Shown one piece after another: positions 28,101 to 36,537 of a DNA stretch of 64,000 nt; position 1 is the stretch's first letter; the number at the start of each line of letters is the position of its first letter. Position numbers and translations under genes: made by a program. The DNA is from a marine group bacterium Sva0996 bin134 (lineage in GTDB: Bacteria > Actinomycetota > Acidimicrobiia > Acidimicrobiales > Bin134), in assembly GCA_002239105.1 (NCBI GenBank), contig MPNQ01000005.1, positions 4,595-68,594 on the forward strand. Direction: 5' to 3'. The notes beneath the pieces are model-generated. The model worked only from the letters and a program-made list of their open reading frames with translations, was not told the DNA's origin and searched no databases.

Positions 28101-29411
28101 CTACCCCACCACCCACTCAGAGAGCCGGGCTGCCGATGCCGGGTCCATGCGGGCCTGGATCCGATAGCCGACCTCGTCGGTGTCGTTGGCCAGCACGTGC
28201 CCGGCCCGCTGCACCGCGGCCAGCACCTCGCCCCGGGCATAGGGCACCAGCAGCTCGACGATTACCGCGCCGGAGCGCAGCTCGTCGGCCATGGCGGCCA
28301 GCAGCTTGTCGGTGCCCTCGCCGGTGGCGGCCGAGATCGCTATGGCGTCCTTGTTGGAGCCCAGCGGGATGTCTTGCCCGGCCAACAGGTCGCACTTGTT
28401 GTACACCAGCAGCTCGGGCACGTCCCCGGCGTCGATCTCCCGCAGCACTTGGCGCACCGCGGCGATGTGGGCGTCGGGGTCGGGGCCGGCGGCGTCCACC
28501 ACGTGCAGCAGCAGATCGGCCTCCGATACCACGTCGAGTGTGGACCGGAACGCCTCCACCAGTTGGTGGGGCAGCTTCTGGATGAACCCGACGGTGTCGG
28601 TGAGCAGCACTCGCTCCCCGCCGGGCAGCTCCAGGCGCCGGGTGGCGGCGTCGAGGGTGGCGAACAGGCGGTTCTGCACCAGCACGCCCGAGTCGGTGAG
28701 CTGGTTGAGCAGCCGGGACTTGCCCGCATTGGTGTAGCCCACGATGGTCACCGCACTCTGGGCTGATCGCTGACGGCTCCGGCCCTGCACGCTGCGGTTC
28801 TTCTTGATGTCCCGCAGCTGGGCCTCCAGCTTGTGAATGCGCCGCTGAATGCGCCGGCGGTCCACCTCGAGCTGGGTCTCACCCGGTCCCCGGGTACCGA
28901 TCCCCCCGGCCTGCTGGCTGAACCTCCCGCCCCGGCGCAGTCGTGGCAGCGCATAGCGGAGCTGGGCCAGCTCTACCTGGGCCTGGCCCTCTTGGCTGCT
29001 GGCGTTCTGGGCGAATATGTCGAGGATCACCGCGGTGCGGTCGATGGCGGTGCGGCCGAGGATCTTCTCCAGGTTGAATTGCTGGGCCGGGCTCAGCTCG
29101 TCGTCGAACACCACGGTGTCGGCGTCGAATTGCTCGCTCAGCTCCAAGATCTCGTCGACCTTGCCCTTGCCGATGTAGGTGGCCGGATCGGGAGCGCGGC
29201 GACGCTGGACCACCCGGCCCACCTCGTCGGCCCCGGCGGTGTCGATGAGCTGGGCCAACTCGTCCAAATCGGCGTCGGTGCGGGCTGCATCGGCACCACC
29301 GAGGGTTACGCCCACCAGCACTATCTTCTCCCGGAAGGCCCGTTCGATGAACGCGCCCGACTCACCGCCGTGGGTGCCAAACCCGCCTCTGTGGGATTCT
29401 CTATCAGCCAT
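28101..29411 (-). CDS. hflX: Ribosome-splitting GTPase HflX
   Basis: GPGETQLE, GYTNAGKS, LFATLD, DTVGFI, NKCD. Confidence 0.96.
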   Translation of the reverse strand: MADRESHRGGFGTHGGESGAFIERAFREKIVLVGVTLGGADAARTDADLDELAQLIDTAGADEVGRVVQRRRAPDPATYIGKGKVDEILELSEQFDADTVVFDDELSPAQQFNLEKILGRTAIDRTAVILDIFAQNASSQEGQAQVELAQLRYALPRLRRGGRFSQQAGGIGTRGPGETQLEVDRRRIQRRIHKLEAQLRDIKKNRSVQGRSRQRSAQSAVTIVGYTNAGKSRLLNQLTDSGVLVQNRLFATLDAATRRLELPGGERVLLTDTVGFIQKLPHQLVEAFRSTLDVVSEADLLLHVVDAAGPDPDAHIAAVRQVLREIDAGDVPELLVYNKCDLLAGQDIPLGSNKDAIAISAATGEGTDKLLAAMADELRSGAVIVELLVPYARGEVLAAVQRAGHVLANDTDEVGYRIQARMDPASAARLSEWVVG

Positions 29412-30186
29412 AGTCCACTGTCGCTATGTACTCGGCAGGGCCGACCAGCATTGCGGTGTCTCCCAACTCCACGGTGACATCACCGCCGGGCATGGAGACC
29501 GGGACCAGCGAGCCGACAAGACCCCATCGGTGGGCTGCATGAGCGGCGGCGCACGCGCCGGTTCCGCACGCTTGGGTCACGCCCACGCCGCGTTCCCACA
29601 CCTGCAAGTCGATGCCCAAGCCGCCGGGGCTCGGGCTGATGAACTCCACGTTGATCCCGCCGGCAAGCCGTGAAAGCTCGGCTCCGTCGGCGGCCACGTC
29701 AACACGGTGGGCGTCGGGTACCTGAATCACCAGATGGGGGTTGCCCACATCGGCGGTCGCAAGCCGCACGCTGTCGGGGTAGTCAATTGCTTCTAGTGCT
29801 GGTCCAGCGTTCACCGGCCCCATGTCTACCCGAGCTTGGATAGCGGTGGGGTGGTCGGCAGCCTCGACGCCCACCTCGCGAACTCCGGCATCGGTGCCGA
29901 TCCGCATCTCCGCACTGCACCCGGCACCCATGACGGCGGCCTGGGCCAAACAGCGGATGCCGTTGCCGCTCATCTCTGCCCGGCTCCCGTCGGCGTTGAA
30001 CAGCACCATGGTGACGTCTGTTCCCTCGTCGGGATCACCGGGCAGGCCGAATATCAGGCCGTCGGCGCCCACACCCCGGGTGCGATGGCACACTGCCTGG
30101 GCCAACGCGGGGGCGTCAGCGGGCAGCGCGTCTACCAGGGCGATCAAAAAGTCGTTGCCCAAGCCGTGGTGCTTGGTCAGCTGCAT
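29404..30186 (-). CDS. dapF: Diaminopimelate epimerase
   Basis: KHHGLGNDF, GADG, NADGSRAEMSGNG, GNPH, ERGVGVTQACGTG. Confidence 0.93.
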   Translation of the reverse strand: MQLTKHHGLGNDFLIALVDALPADAPALAQAVCHRTRGVGADGLIFGLPGDPDEGTDVTMVLFNADGSRAEMSGNGIRCLAQAAVMGAGCSAEMRIGTDAGVREVGVEAADHPTAIQARVDMGPVNAGPALEAIDYPDSVRLATADVGNPHLVIQVPDAHRVDVAADGAELSRLAGGINVEFISPSPGGLGIDLQVWERGVGVTQACGTGACAAAHAAHRWGLVGSLVPVSMPGGDVTVELGDTAMLVGPAEYIATVDYG

Positions 30187-30236
30187 CGTTCCAGTCTGGC
30201 AAGTTCTGCTTGCTCGGCCACGCACCATTTGCAAGT

Positions 30237-31190
30237 TCACCCTTGGGCAATTCCCGAGTTGCGGTGGGCCAACACCTCTTCGGCCAGCGCTCCGGCCTCT
30301 CCGTCGGCGTCCAGCCAGATGATGCGGGGGTCGCGCCGGAACCACCGCTCCTGGCGGCGGGCAAATTGCCGGGTGCGGGTGATGGCCAGCGCCACCGCCT
30401 CGTCGAGCGACACCTCGCCGCTGAGGTGGGCCAGCAGCTCCTTATACCCCAAAGCCTGGGAGGCAGTGCGCGACAGGGGCGGACGGCGGGCGGCCAGCGC
30501 CTCCACCTCGGCCGGGAAACCGGCTTCAATCTGTTGGTGGTAGCGCTGCTCGATGCGGCGGTCGACCTCTGACCGAGGCAGCGACAGGCCGAACTGGGCG
30601 ATGTCGCGGGGCGGGTATTGGTTCAATCCCGGCCCGTAGGAGGAGAACGGACGGCCGCTGCCCACCGTCACCTCCAGGGCTCTGATGATCCGACGCCGAT
30701 TGGTGGGCTCCATGCGGGTTGCGGCCACCGGATCGAGATCGGTCAAGCGACGGTGCAGAGCAACCGTGTCGGGCACCGTGTCCAGGTCGGCCGCGGTCTC
30801 GGGATAGCGGCCGGGAATCTCGAGATCGTCGATCACGGCCCGGTGGTAGAGCCCTGTGCCCCCCACCAGCACCGCCACCCGGCCGCGGCCAGAAATGCCA
30901 GACCGGGCTTGACGGGCCGCTTGTTGGAACATGGTTAGGGAGTAGTCCTGCGACGGGTCGGCCACATCGATGAGGTGGTGTGGCACCTCGGCCCGCACCG
31001 CGGCGGAGGGCTTATCGGTGCCGATGTCCATCCCCCGGTACACCTGCATGGAGTCCACCGAGATGATCTCGGCTTCTCCCAGGCGGCGGGCTAAGGCCAG
31101 TGACACCGCCGATTTGCCGCTGGCGGTAACCCCGACGATGGCCAGCGCGCCCGGCGCGCCAACGGAATCGGGGGCCGTTGAGCTGCTCAG
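30237..31190 (-). CDS. miaA: tRNA dimethylallyltransferase (start uncertain: CTG 31190 or GTG 31220)
   Basis: GVTASGKS, DSMQVYRGMDIGTDKP, VGGTGLY, ALGYKE, FARRQERWF. Confidence 0.93.
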   Translation of the reverse strand: MSSSTAPDSVGAPGALAIVGVTASGKSAVSLALARRLGEAEIISVDSMQVYRGMDIGTDKPSAAVRAEVPHHLIDVADPSQDYSLTMFQQAARQARSGISGRGRVAVLVGGTGLYHRAVIDDLEIPGRYPETAADLDTVPDTVALHRRLTDLDPVAATRMEPTNRRRIIRALEVTVGSGRPFSSYGPGLNQYPPRDIAQFGLSLPRSEVDRRIEQRYHQQIEAGFPAEVEALAARRPPLSRTASQALGYKELLAHLSGEVSLDEAVALAITRTRQFARRQERWFRRDPRIIWLDADGEAGALAEEVLAHRNSGIAQG

Positions 31191-32599
31191 AGCGCGGCCA
31201 CCGGGATCCGGGTGCGCCACCGGGGCGGAGCGGTCACCTCGGCCAACTCGCCTCGTAGATGATGGGCGCCAGCCTCGGTCACGTCCACGGTGGCGAACGT
31301 GCCCGGCTTCAGCTTCTCCGGCGACGGGAAGTGGACCAGGCGGTTCTGGCGGGACCGGCCAGTGAGCACGGCGGGATCCTTCTTCGACGGGCCCTCCACC
31401 ACCACCTCTTCGCGGCGGCCGACGCGAGCCTGGTTGCCCCGGCGGCTGGAGCGCTCCACCACGGCCCGGAGCCGCTCGAAGCGGTCCCGCACCTCGTCGG
31501 GGTCGCAATACTGGTCGGCCATCTCAGCGGCCTCGGTACCGGGCCGGGGCGAGAACACGAACGTGAACGCCGAGTCGTACTCGGCCTCGGCGGCAACCAG
31601 CAGCGTCTGTTCGAAGTCGTCCTCGGTCTCGCCGGGGAAGCCCACGATGATGTCGGTGGACACGGCCAAGTCGTCCACCGCGTCCCGGGCGGCCCGGAGC
31701 CGCTCCAAGTAGCGCTCAGCGGTGTAGCCGCGGTGCATGGCGGCCAGCACCCGGTCGCTGCCCGATTGCAGCGGCAGGTGCAGGTGTTCGCACACCGAGG
31801 GAACCTCGGCCATGGCCTCGATGGTCTCGGGCCGCAGATCCTTGGGGTGGGGGCTGGTGAACCGGATCCGCTCGATGCCGTCCACCGCGCCTACAGCCCG
31901 CAACAAGTCGGCGAACAGCGGGCGCAGCGGCACCCGCTCACCGGCTTGGCGGCGATCCCGCTGGAGATCGCGGCCGTAGGAGTTGACGTTTTGGCCCAGC
32001 AGGGTGATCTCGGTTACCCCGCCGGCCACCAGATCGGCGGCCTCGGATACCAGCGTCTCCAGCGGGCGGCTGATCTCCGCTCCCCGCACCGCGGGCACGA
32101 TGCAAAAGGCGCACGAGTTGTCGCAGCCCACCTGGATGGTCATCCACGCGGCATACGGGGCTTCCCGGCGCACCGGCAGCGCCGAGGGGAAGCTGTCGCG
32201 GTCTTGCTCGACGGCCTCTTCCAGGATCTCCACTATGGGCCCGTCGGCTGAGGCACCGATCAGCTCGGCAGCCCGGTGCACGTTGTGGGTGCCGAACACC
32301 ACGTCTACGTGGCCGGCCCGCTCCCGGATCAGCTCCCGGTCTTTCTGGGCCAAACAGCCCGCCACCGCAATCTGCATGTCGGGGCGGTCCTGCTTGAGCC
32401 GTTTGAGGTGGCCGAGCTGGCCGTAGAGCTTGTTGTCGGCGTTCTCCCGGATGCAGCAGGTGTTGAGCACGATGACGTCGGCCGACTCCATGGCGTCGGC
32501 CGATGTCATCCCGTCGGCTTCCAGCAGCCCGGCGATGCGCTCGGTGTCGTGCTCGTTCATCTGACACCCGTAGGTGCGGATGAAATAGCTGCGGCTCAC
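31187..32599 (-). CDS. miaB: tRNA methylthiotransferase MiaB
   Basis: TYGCQMNEHD, NTCCIRENA, GCDNSCAFC radical-SAM motif, TRAM domain. Confidence 0.96.
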   Translation of the reverse strand: MSRSYFIRTYGCQMNEHDTERIAGLLEADGMTSADAMESADVIVLNTCCIRENADNKLYGQLGHLKRLKQDRPDMQIAVAGCLAQKDRELIRERAGHVDVVFGTHNVHRAAELIGASADGPIVEILEEAVEQDRDSFPSALPVRREAPYAAWMTIQVGCDNSCAFCIVPAVRGAEISRPLETLVSEAADLVAGGVTEITLLGQNVNSYGRDLQRDRRQAGERVPLRPLFADLLRAVGAVDGIERIRFTSPHPKDLRPETIEAMAEVPSVCEHLHLPLQSGSDRVLAAMHRGYTAERYLERLRAARDAVDDLAVSTDIIVGFPGETEDDFEQTLLVAAEAEYDSAFTFVFSPRPGTEAAEMADQYCDPDEVRDRFERLRAVVERSSRRGNQARVGRREEVVVEGPSKKDPAVLTGRSRQNRLVHFPSPEKLKPGTFATVDVTEAGAHHLRGELAEVTAPPRWRTRIPVAAL

Positions 32600-32651
32600 C
32601 CCGCCAGGCTACCTGTCGGCTGCCAATAGCCTCCTAGCCAGTTTGGGCCCA

Positions 32652-33683
32652 CTAGCCGGTTTGTGCGGCCGGTTCCTCGGTTTCGGCTGCTTCTTCCTCC
32701 GCCGGAGGGTTCACGGTATTCCACACCCGGTCGGTGATCTCCACCATGATCTCGGGGTGCTCGGCCAAGAACGCCTTGGCCTTCTCCCGGCCCTGGCCGA
32801 GGTGCTCACCCTCGTAGGTGAACCAGGCCCCGGACTTCTCGACGATGTCCAAGTCGACGCCCACATCGAGCAGCGAGCCCTCCCGGCTGATGCCCTTGGA
32901 GTACATGATGTCGAACTCGGCCTGCCGGAACGGCGGGGCCACCTTGTTCTTGACCACCTTCACCCGGGTGCGGTTGCCGATCGCCTCCACCCCCTGCTTG
33001 AGGGACTCGATGCGGCGGATGTCCAATCGGACCGAAGAGTAGAACTTCAGCGCCCGGCCGCCGGGCGTGGTCTCGGGAGACCCGAACATCACGCCGATCT
33101 TCTCCCGAAGCTGGTTGATGAAGATGCACACCGTCTTGGACTTGTTCAAGTTGGCGGTGAGCTTGCGCAGGGCCTGCGACATGAGGCGGGCTTGCAGGCC
33201 CACGTGGGTGTCGCCCATGTCCCCCTCGATCTCAGCCCTAGGGGTGAGGGCGGCCACCGAGTCGATGACGATCACGTCGAGTGCACTCGACCGGATCAAC
33301 ATGTCGGTGATCTCCAGGGCCTGCTCACCGGTGTCGGGCTGGGAAATCAACAGCTCGTCGACGTCCACTCCGATGGCCTTGGCGTACACCGGGTCGAGGG
33401 CGTGCTCGGCGTCGACAAACGCGCAGATCCCCCCGTTCCGCTGGGCCTCAGCCACGGCGTGCAGCGCCAGGGTGGTCTTGCCCGAGGACTCCGGGCCGTA
33501 GATCTCCACCACCCGGCCCCGGGGAAGCCCCCCGACGCCCAGCGCCAAATCGAGGGCCAGCGCCCCGGTGGGGGTGGTCTCGATGGCCATGGTGCCCTTC
33601 TCGCCCATCTTCATCACGGCACCTTGGCCGAATTGCTTCTCGATCTGGCCGAGGGCCATCTCTAGTGCTTTTTCTCGTTCCAC
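32652..33683 (-). CDS. recA: Recombinase RecA (no intein)
   Basis: [42 protein letters not shown]. Confidence 0.99.
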   Translation of the reverse strand: MEREKALEMALGQIEKQFGQGAVMKMGEKGTMAIETTPTGALALDLALGVGGLPRGRVVEIYGPESSGKTTLALHAVAEAQRNGGICAFVDAEHALDPVYAKAIGVDVDELLISQPDTGEQALEITDMLIRSSALDVIVIDSVAALTPRAEIEGDMGDTHVGLQARLMSQALRKLTANLNKSKTVCIFINQLREKIGVMFGSPETTPGGRALKFYSSVRLDIRRIESLKQGVEAIGNRTRVKVVKNKVAPPFRQAEFDIMYSKGISREGSLLDVGVDLDIVEKSGAWFTYEGEHLGQGREKAKAFLAEHPEIMVEITDRVWNTVNPPAEEEAAETEEPAAQTG

Positions 33684-33744
33684 TTTTCCTCCTCTAGGTG
33701 GTGTGTCTTGCGGCTACGAGGTTGTAGGGGGAATGTCGAGCCAC

Positions 33745-33773
33745 ACTCTAAAGACGACCGGTGACAGTTTGTC
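33745..33773 (-). promoter_or_regulatory. RecA-NDp / PafBC-type DNA-damage promoter of recA with overlapping palindrome
   Basis: Minus strand TGTCAC-CGGTCGTCTT-TAGAGT matches the mycobacterial TGTC-N12-TANNNT spacing exactly; overlaps GACA-AAC-TGTC. Confidence 0.7.
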
Positions 33774-33874
33774 CCCAGATAATGACATCAGCGTAGTTAC
33801 GGGGCATGAATTTCACAAGTACCCCGCTAGCCCCACCTGCCTGTTTGCGCCAGAAATCCGATACGGTGAACGTC

Positions 33875-34285
33875 ATGGCAGAGCAAGCATTCACCGATGA
33901 GGAACTGCGCCAGCGGCTGACCGCCGAGCAGTACCACATAACCCAGCAAGCCGGCACCGAACGGGCCTTCACCGGCGAGTACTGGGACTGCAAAGACGAG
34001 GGCATGTACCGCTGCCGGGTGTGCGACGAGCCGCTGTTCTCATCCGACACCAAATACGACTCGGGCACTGGCTGGCCGTCGTTCTACGAGGAAGCCGGCG
34101 AGGGCAAGGTGGACCGCAACACCGACGCCAGCCACGGCATGGTGCGCACCGAGGCAGTGTGCGGATCGTGCGGGGCGCATCTGGGCCACATCTTCCCCGA
34201 CGGCCCCCACCCCACCGGCGAGCGCTACTGCATGAACTCGGCTTCGCTTAGGCTCGACCGCGACACCTCCGGAGAGGAGAACTGA
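33875..34285 (+). CDS. msrB: Peptide-methionine (R)-S-oxide reductase
   Basis: [33 protein letters not shown]. Confidence 0.96.
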   Translation: MAEQAFTDEELRQRLTAEQYHITQQAGTERAFTGEYWDCKDEGMYRCRVCDEPLFSSDTKYDSGTGWPSFYEEAGEGKVDRNTDASHGMVRTEAVCGSCGAHLGHIFPDGPHPTGERYCMNSASLRLDRDTSGEEN

Positions 34286-34286
34286 C

Positions 34287-35063
34287 ATGGGAAGGCTCGA
34301 CGGCAAAGTAGCCATCGTTTCCGGCGGCGCCCGGGGCCAAGGCGAGGCCGAGGTGCGGCTGTTCGCCGCCGAGGGCGCCAAGGTGGTGTTCGGCGACGTG
34401 CTCCACGACTTGGGCGAGGCGGTGGCCGCCGATGTGGGCCCCAATGCCCACTACCTGCCCTTGGACGTGACCGACCCCGAGGCGTGGCAGAAGGCGGTGG
34501 CCGAGACCACCAGCCGCTTCGGCCCCCCCACCGTGCTGGTGAACAACGCCGGGGTGCTCCTGTTCGGCGTGTCCATGGTGGACACCTCGCTGGAGGACTA
34601 CATGCGGGTGATCAACATCAACCAAGTGGGAGTGTTCTTGGGCATGAAGTACACCGTGCCGGCCATGATCGAGGCCGGCGGCGGGTCGATCGTGAACATC
34701 AGCTCCACCAACGGCATCGCCGGCTACGGCGGCACGGTGGCCTACACCGCCTCCAAGTTCGCGGTGCGGGGCATGACCAAGAACGCCGCCCTAGAGCTGG
34801 GCAAGCACGGCATCCGAGTCAACTCCATCCACCCCGGCGGCGTAGACACTGCCATGACCGCTCCCGACACTCTGGGAGACGCCATTTCCGACGAAGAGCG
34901 AGAAGCGACCTTCGCCATGCTCCCCCTGGGCCGTGTGGGCCAACCCGTCGAGATAGCCCACCTGGCCGCCTACCTAGCCTCCGACGACTCCTCCTACAGC
35001 ACCGGCGCCGAATTCATCGCCGACGGCGGAATGCTCGCCGGAGTGGTCAACCCCGAGGTGTGA
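34287..35063 (+). CDS. Short-chain dehydrogenase/reductase (3-alpha-hydroxysteroid dehydrogenase-like)
   Basis: SGGARGQG, NNAG, YTASKFAVRGMTK. Confidence 0.92.
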   Translation: MGRLDGKVAIVSGGARGQGEAEVRLFAAEGAKVVFGDVLHDLGEAVAADVGPNAHYLPLDVTDPEAWQKAVAETTSRFGPPTVLVNNAGVLLFGVSMVDTSLEDYMRVININQVGVFLGMKYTVPAMIEAGGGSIVNISSTNGIAGYGGTVAYTASKFAVRGMTKNAALELGKHGIRVNSIHPGGVDTAMTAPDTLGDAISDEEREATFAMLPLGRVGQPVEIAHLAAYLASDDSSYSTGAEFIADGGMLAGVVNPEV

Positions 35064-35108
35064 TTCAGACCAATACACACGGGCGCTTATGCGCTAAAGA
35101 TTGATTTA

Positions 35109-35149
35109 TCAATCATCTATATTTACTAAAGATAAGAATAGATGATTGA
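35109..35149. terminator. AT-rich inverted repeat between convergent genes
   Basis: Perfect 12-bp arms TCAATCATCTAT / ATAGATGATTGA with a 17-nt spacer. Confidence 0.5.
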
Positions 35150-35153
35150 GCCA

Positions 35154-35939
35154 CTAACTATACATACTCGATGATATATAACGCCGAAAATCTGGATGGT
35201 CGGGATGCCAACACATATGAGAATCTTTATAGAAATCGAGGTACCATCCCTCGGGGCATGAGCGTGAACTGACAAAGAGGCGGTTGCTTATTTGGCTTGT
35301 TCCTACACACCTGGAGAGTTTGAAATTTATCATCTCGCACTCCAAGAGCTCTGCCATTCCCTGCAGGAAGGCCTGAGTATCTTCGGCATTAACGCATTCT
35401 CTAGTAGAAATTTCCGGATCTATGCAGGCATCCTGGAAATCCAACAACCTAATCCACTCTCGGAAGAACTCTGTTGTTGGTAGCAAGGGTTCCAAGGTGT
35501 TCGCTATGACAGTCGTATATTCCTCGGTCGGTGTAACGCTGTTATCTTGGCAGCCGCCCGGAACCAGTTCAGTGTCTATGTTGAACTGGCAGCGGTAGAC
35601 GTTCAACAGCGCCTCCTGATTAGCAATCAGTTGGTCGCGAACGGTGATGTCTTGGGCGGTGGGACTACCGGAGAACGGGGCCGGGCCCTCAGCGGGCAAA
35701 ACAGGGACGCCATCAGCGCAGCCGCCGGGAACCACGCCGACATCCACGTCGAACATGCAGCGGTAGACGTTCAACAGCGCCTCCTGATCGGCAACCAGCC
35801 GGTCCCGCACCTCCACATCGGCCACCGACTGCGCCGCCGCCCCCGACGCCCCGACAAACCCCAACCCAGCAGCCAACACCCCCGCAACCACCACAATTCG
35901 CAACCACCGGCCCACAACCAACTGCCACATCCTGGTCAT
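35154..35939 (-). CDS. Secreted protein with duplicated RDxLxAxQEALLNVYRC…VPGGC module and AT-rich Cys-containing C-terminal domain
   Basis: Signal peptide ending in AAA-Q; two copies of a ~34-aa module 56 aa apart; start taken at ATG 35939. Confidence 0.75.
   Translation of the reverse strand: MTRMWQLVVGRWLRIVVVAGVLAAGLGFVGASGAAAQSVADVEVRDRLVADQEALLNVYRCMFDVDVGVVPGGCADGVPVLPAEGPAPFSGSPTAQDITVRDQLIANQEALLNVYRCQFNIDTELVPGGCQDNSVTPTEEYTTVIANTLEPLLPTTEFFREWIRLLDFQDACIDPEISTRECVNAEDTQAFLQGMAELLECEMINFKLSRCVGTSQISNRLFVSSRSCPEGWYLDFYKDSHMCWHPDHPDFRRYISSSMYS
35550..35812. repeat. Intragenic direct repeat with 168-bp period
   Basis: Identical 32-mer GCAGCGGTAGACGTTCAACAGCGCCTCCTGAT at 35589-35620 and 35757-35788. 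Confidence 0.9.
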
Positions 35940-36076
35940 CCTAACCCCACCCCCACCGCCCTCTTCCCACCCACACGGTGATTGTGGAACGCTCTGCTGA
36001 GCGGTATGGTCAACAGGAATCACTCGGGGACGGTGAAATAGAGGTCCCCCTCCAAGAACACAACCGAGGAGGCCGC

Positions 36077-36496
36077 ATGACGGTGAGTGAGCCAATCGGC
36101 GAGGAACGGCGCTTTGCGCTGATTGAGCGCCTAACCGAACTACTGGGGAAGGAGGAGGCCAGAACACTTATGGAGAGCCTTCCCCCCGTGCTATGGACCC
36201 ACCTGGCCACCAAAGACGACCTACGCGCCCTCGAAGAACGCCTCCGCGCCGACTTCAACGGTCAATTCGCCGTGCTCAACGGCAAATTCATCGAGCTCCG
36301 CGCCGACTTCAACGGCCAATTCGCCATGCTCAACGCCAAAGTTGACGGCGGATTCGCCAATGTTGAAGCCGCGTTCAAAGAACACCGGGCTGAGACCACC
36401 CTTCAGCTGGCCAAGCAGACCCGGGCCATGGTGATCACGCTTATCGGATTCGCAATGTCGGTGTGGATCCCAATGCTGATCTTCGGCCTCTCCTGA
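36077..36496 (+). CDS. DUF1640/CCDC90-like coiled-coil protein with C-terminal TM
   Basis: LATKDDL motif, heptad-like stalk, terminal hydrophobic helix; SD GAGGAGG. Confidence 0.8.
   Translation: MTVSEPIGEERRFALIERLTELLGKEEARTLMESLPPVLWTHLATKDDLRALEERLRADFNGQFAVLNGKFIELRADFNGQFAMLNAKVDGGFANVEAAFKEHRAETTLQLAKQTRAMVITLIGFAMSVWIPMLIFGLS
36242..36340 (+). repeat. 54-bp period duplication (LRADFNGQFAxLNxK twice)
   Basis: CTCCGCGCCGACTTCAACGGyCAATTCGCCrTGCTCAACG starting at 36242 and 36296. Confidence 0.88.
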
Positions 36497-36537
36497 CAGC
36501 TGCCTGCAAGGAGGGACAATCATCCCCGTATGAGGGC

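Noticed and set aside
33875-34285. Selenocysteine recoding in msrB or other redox genes
   Set aside because: The catalytic residue is an ordinary Cys codon (RYCMNS) and no in-frame TGA was found.
35589-35788. Two identical 32-bp repeats as a mini-CRISPR or DGR template/variable pair
   Set aside because: The spacing is 168 bp in frame within one CDS; there is no reverse transcriptase or cas gene, and differences are not adenine-specific.
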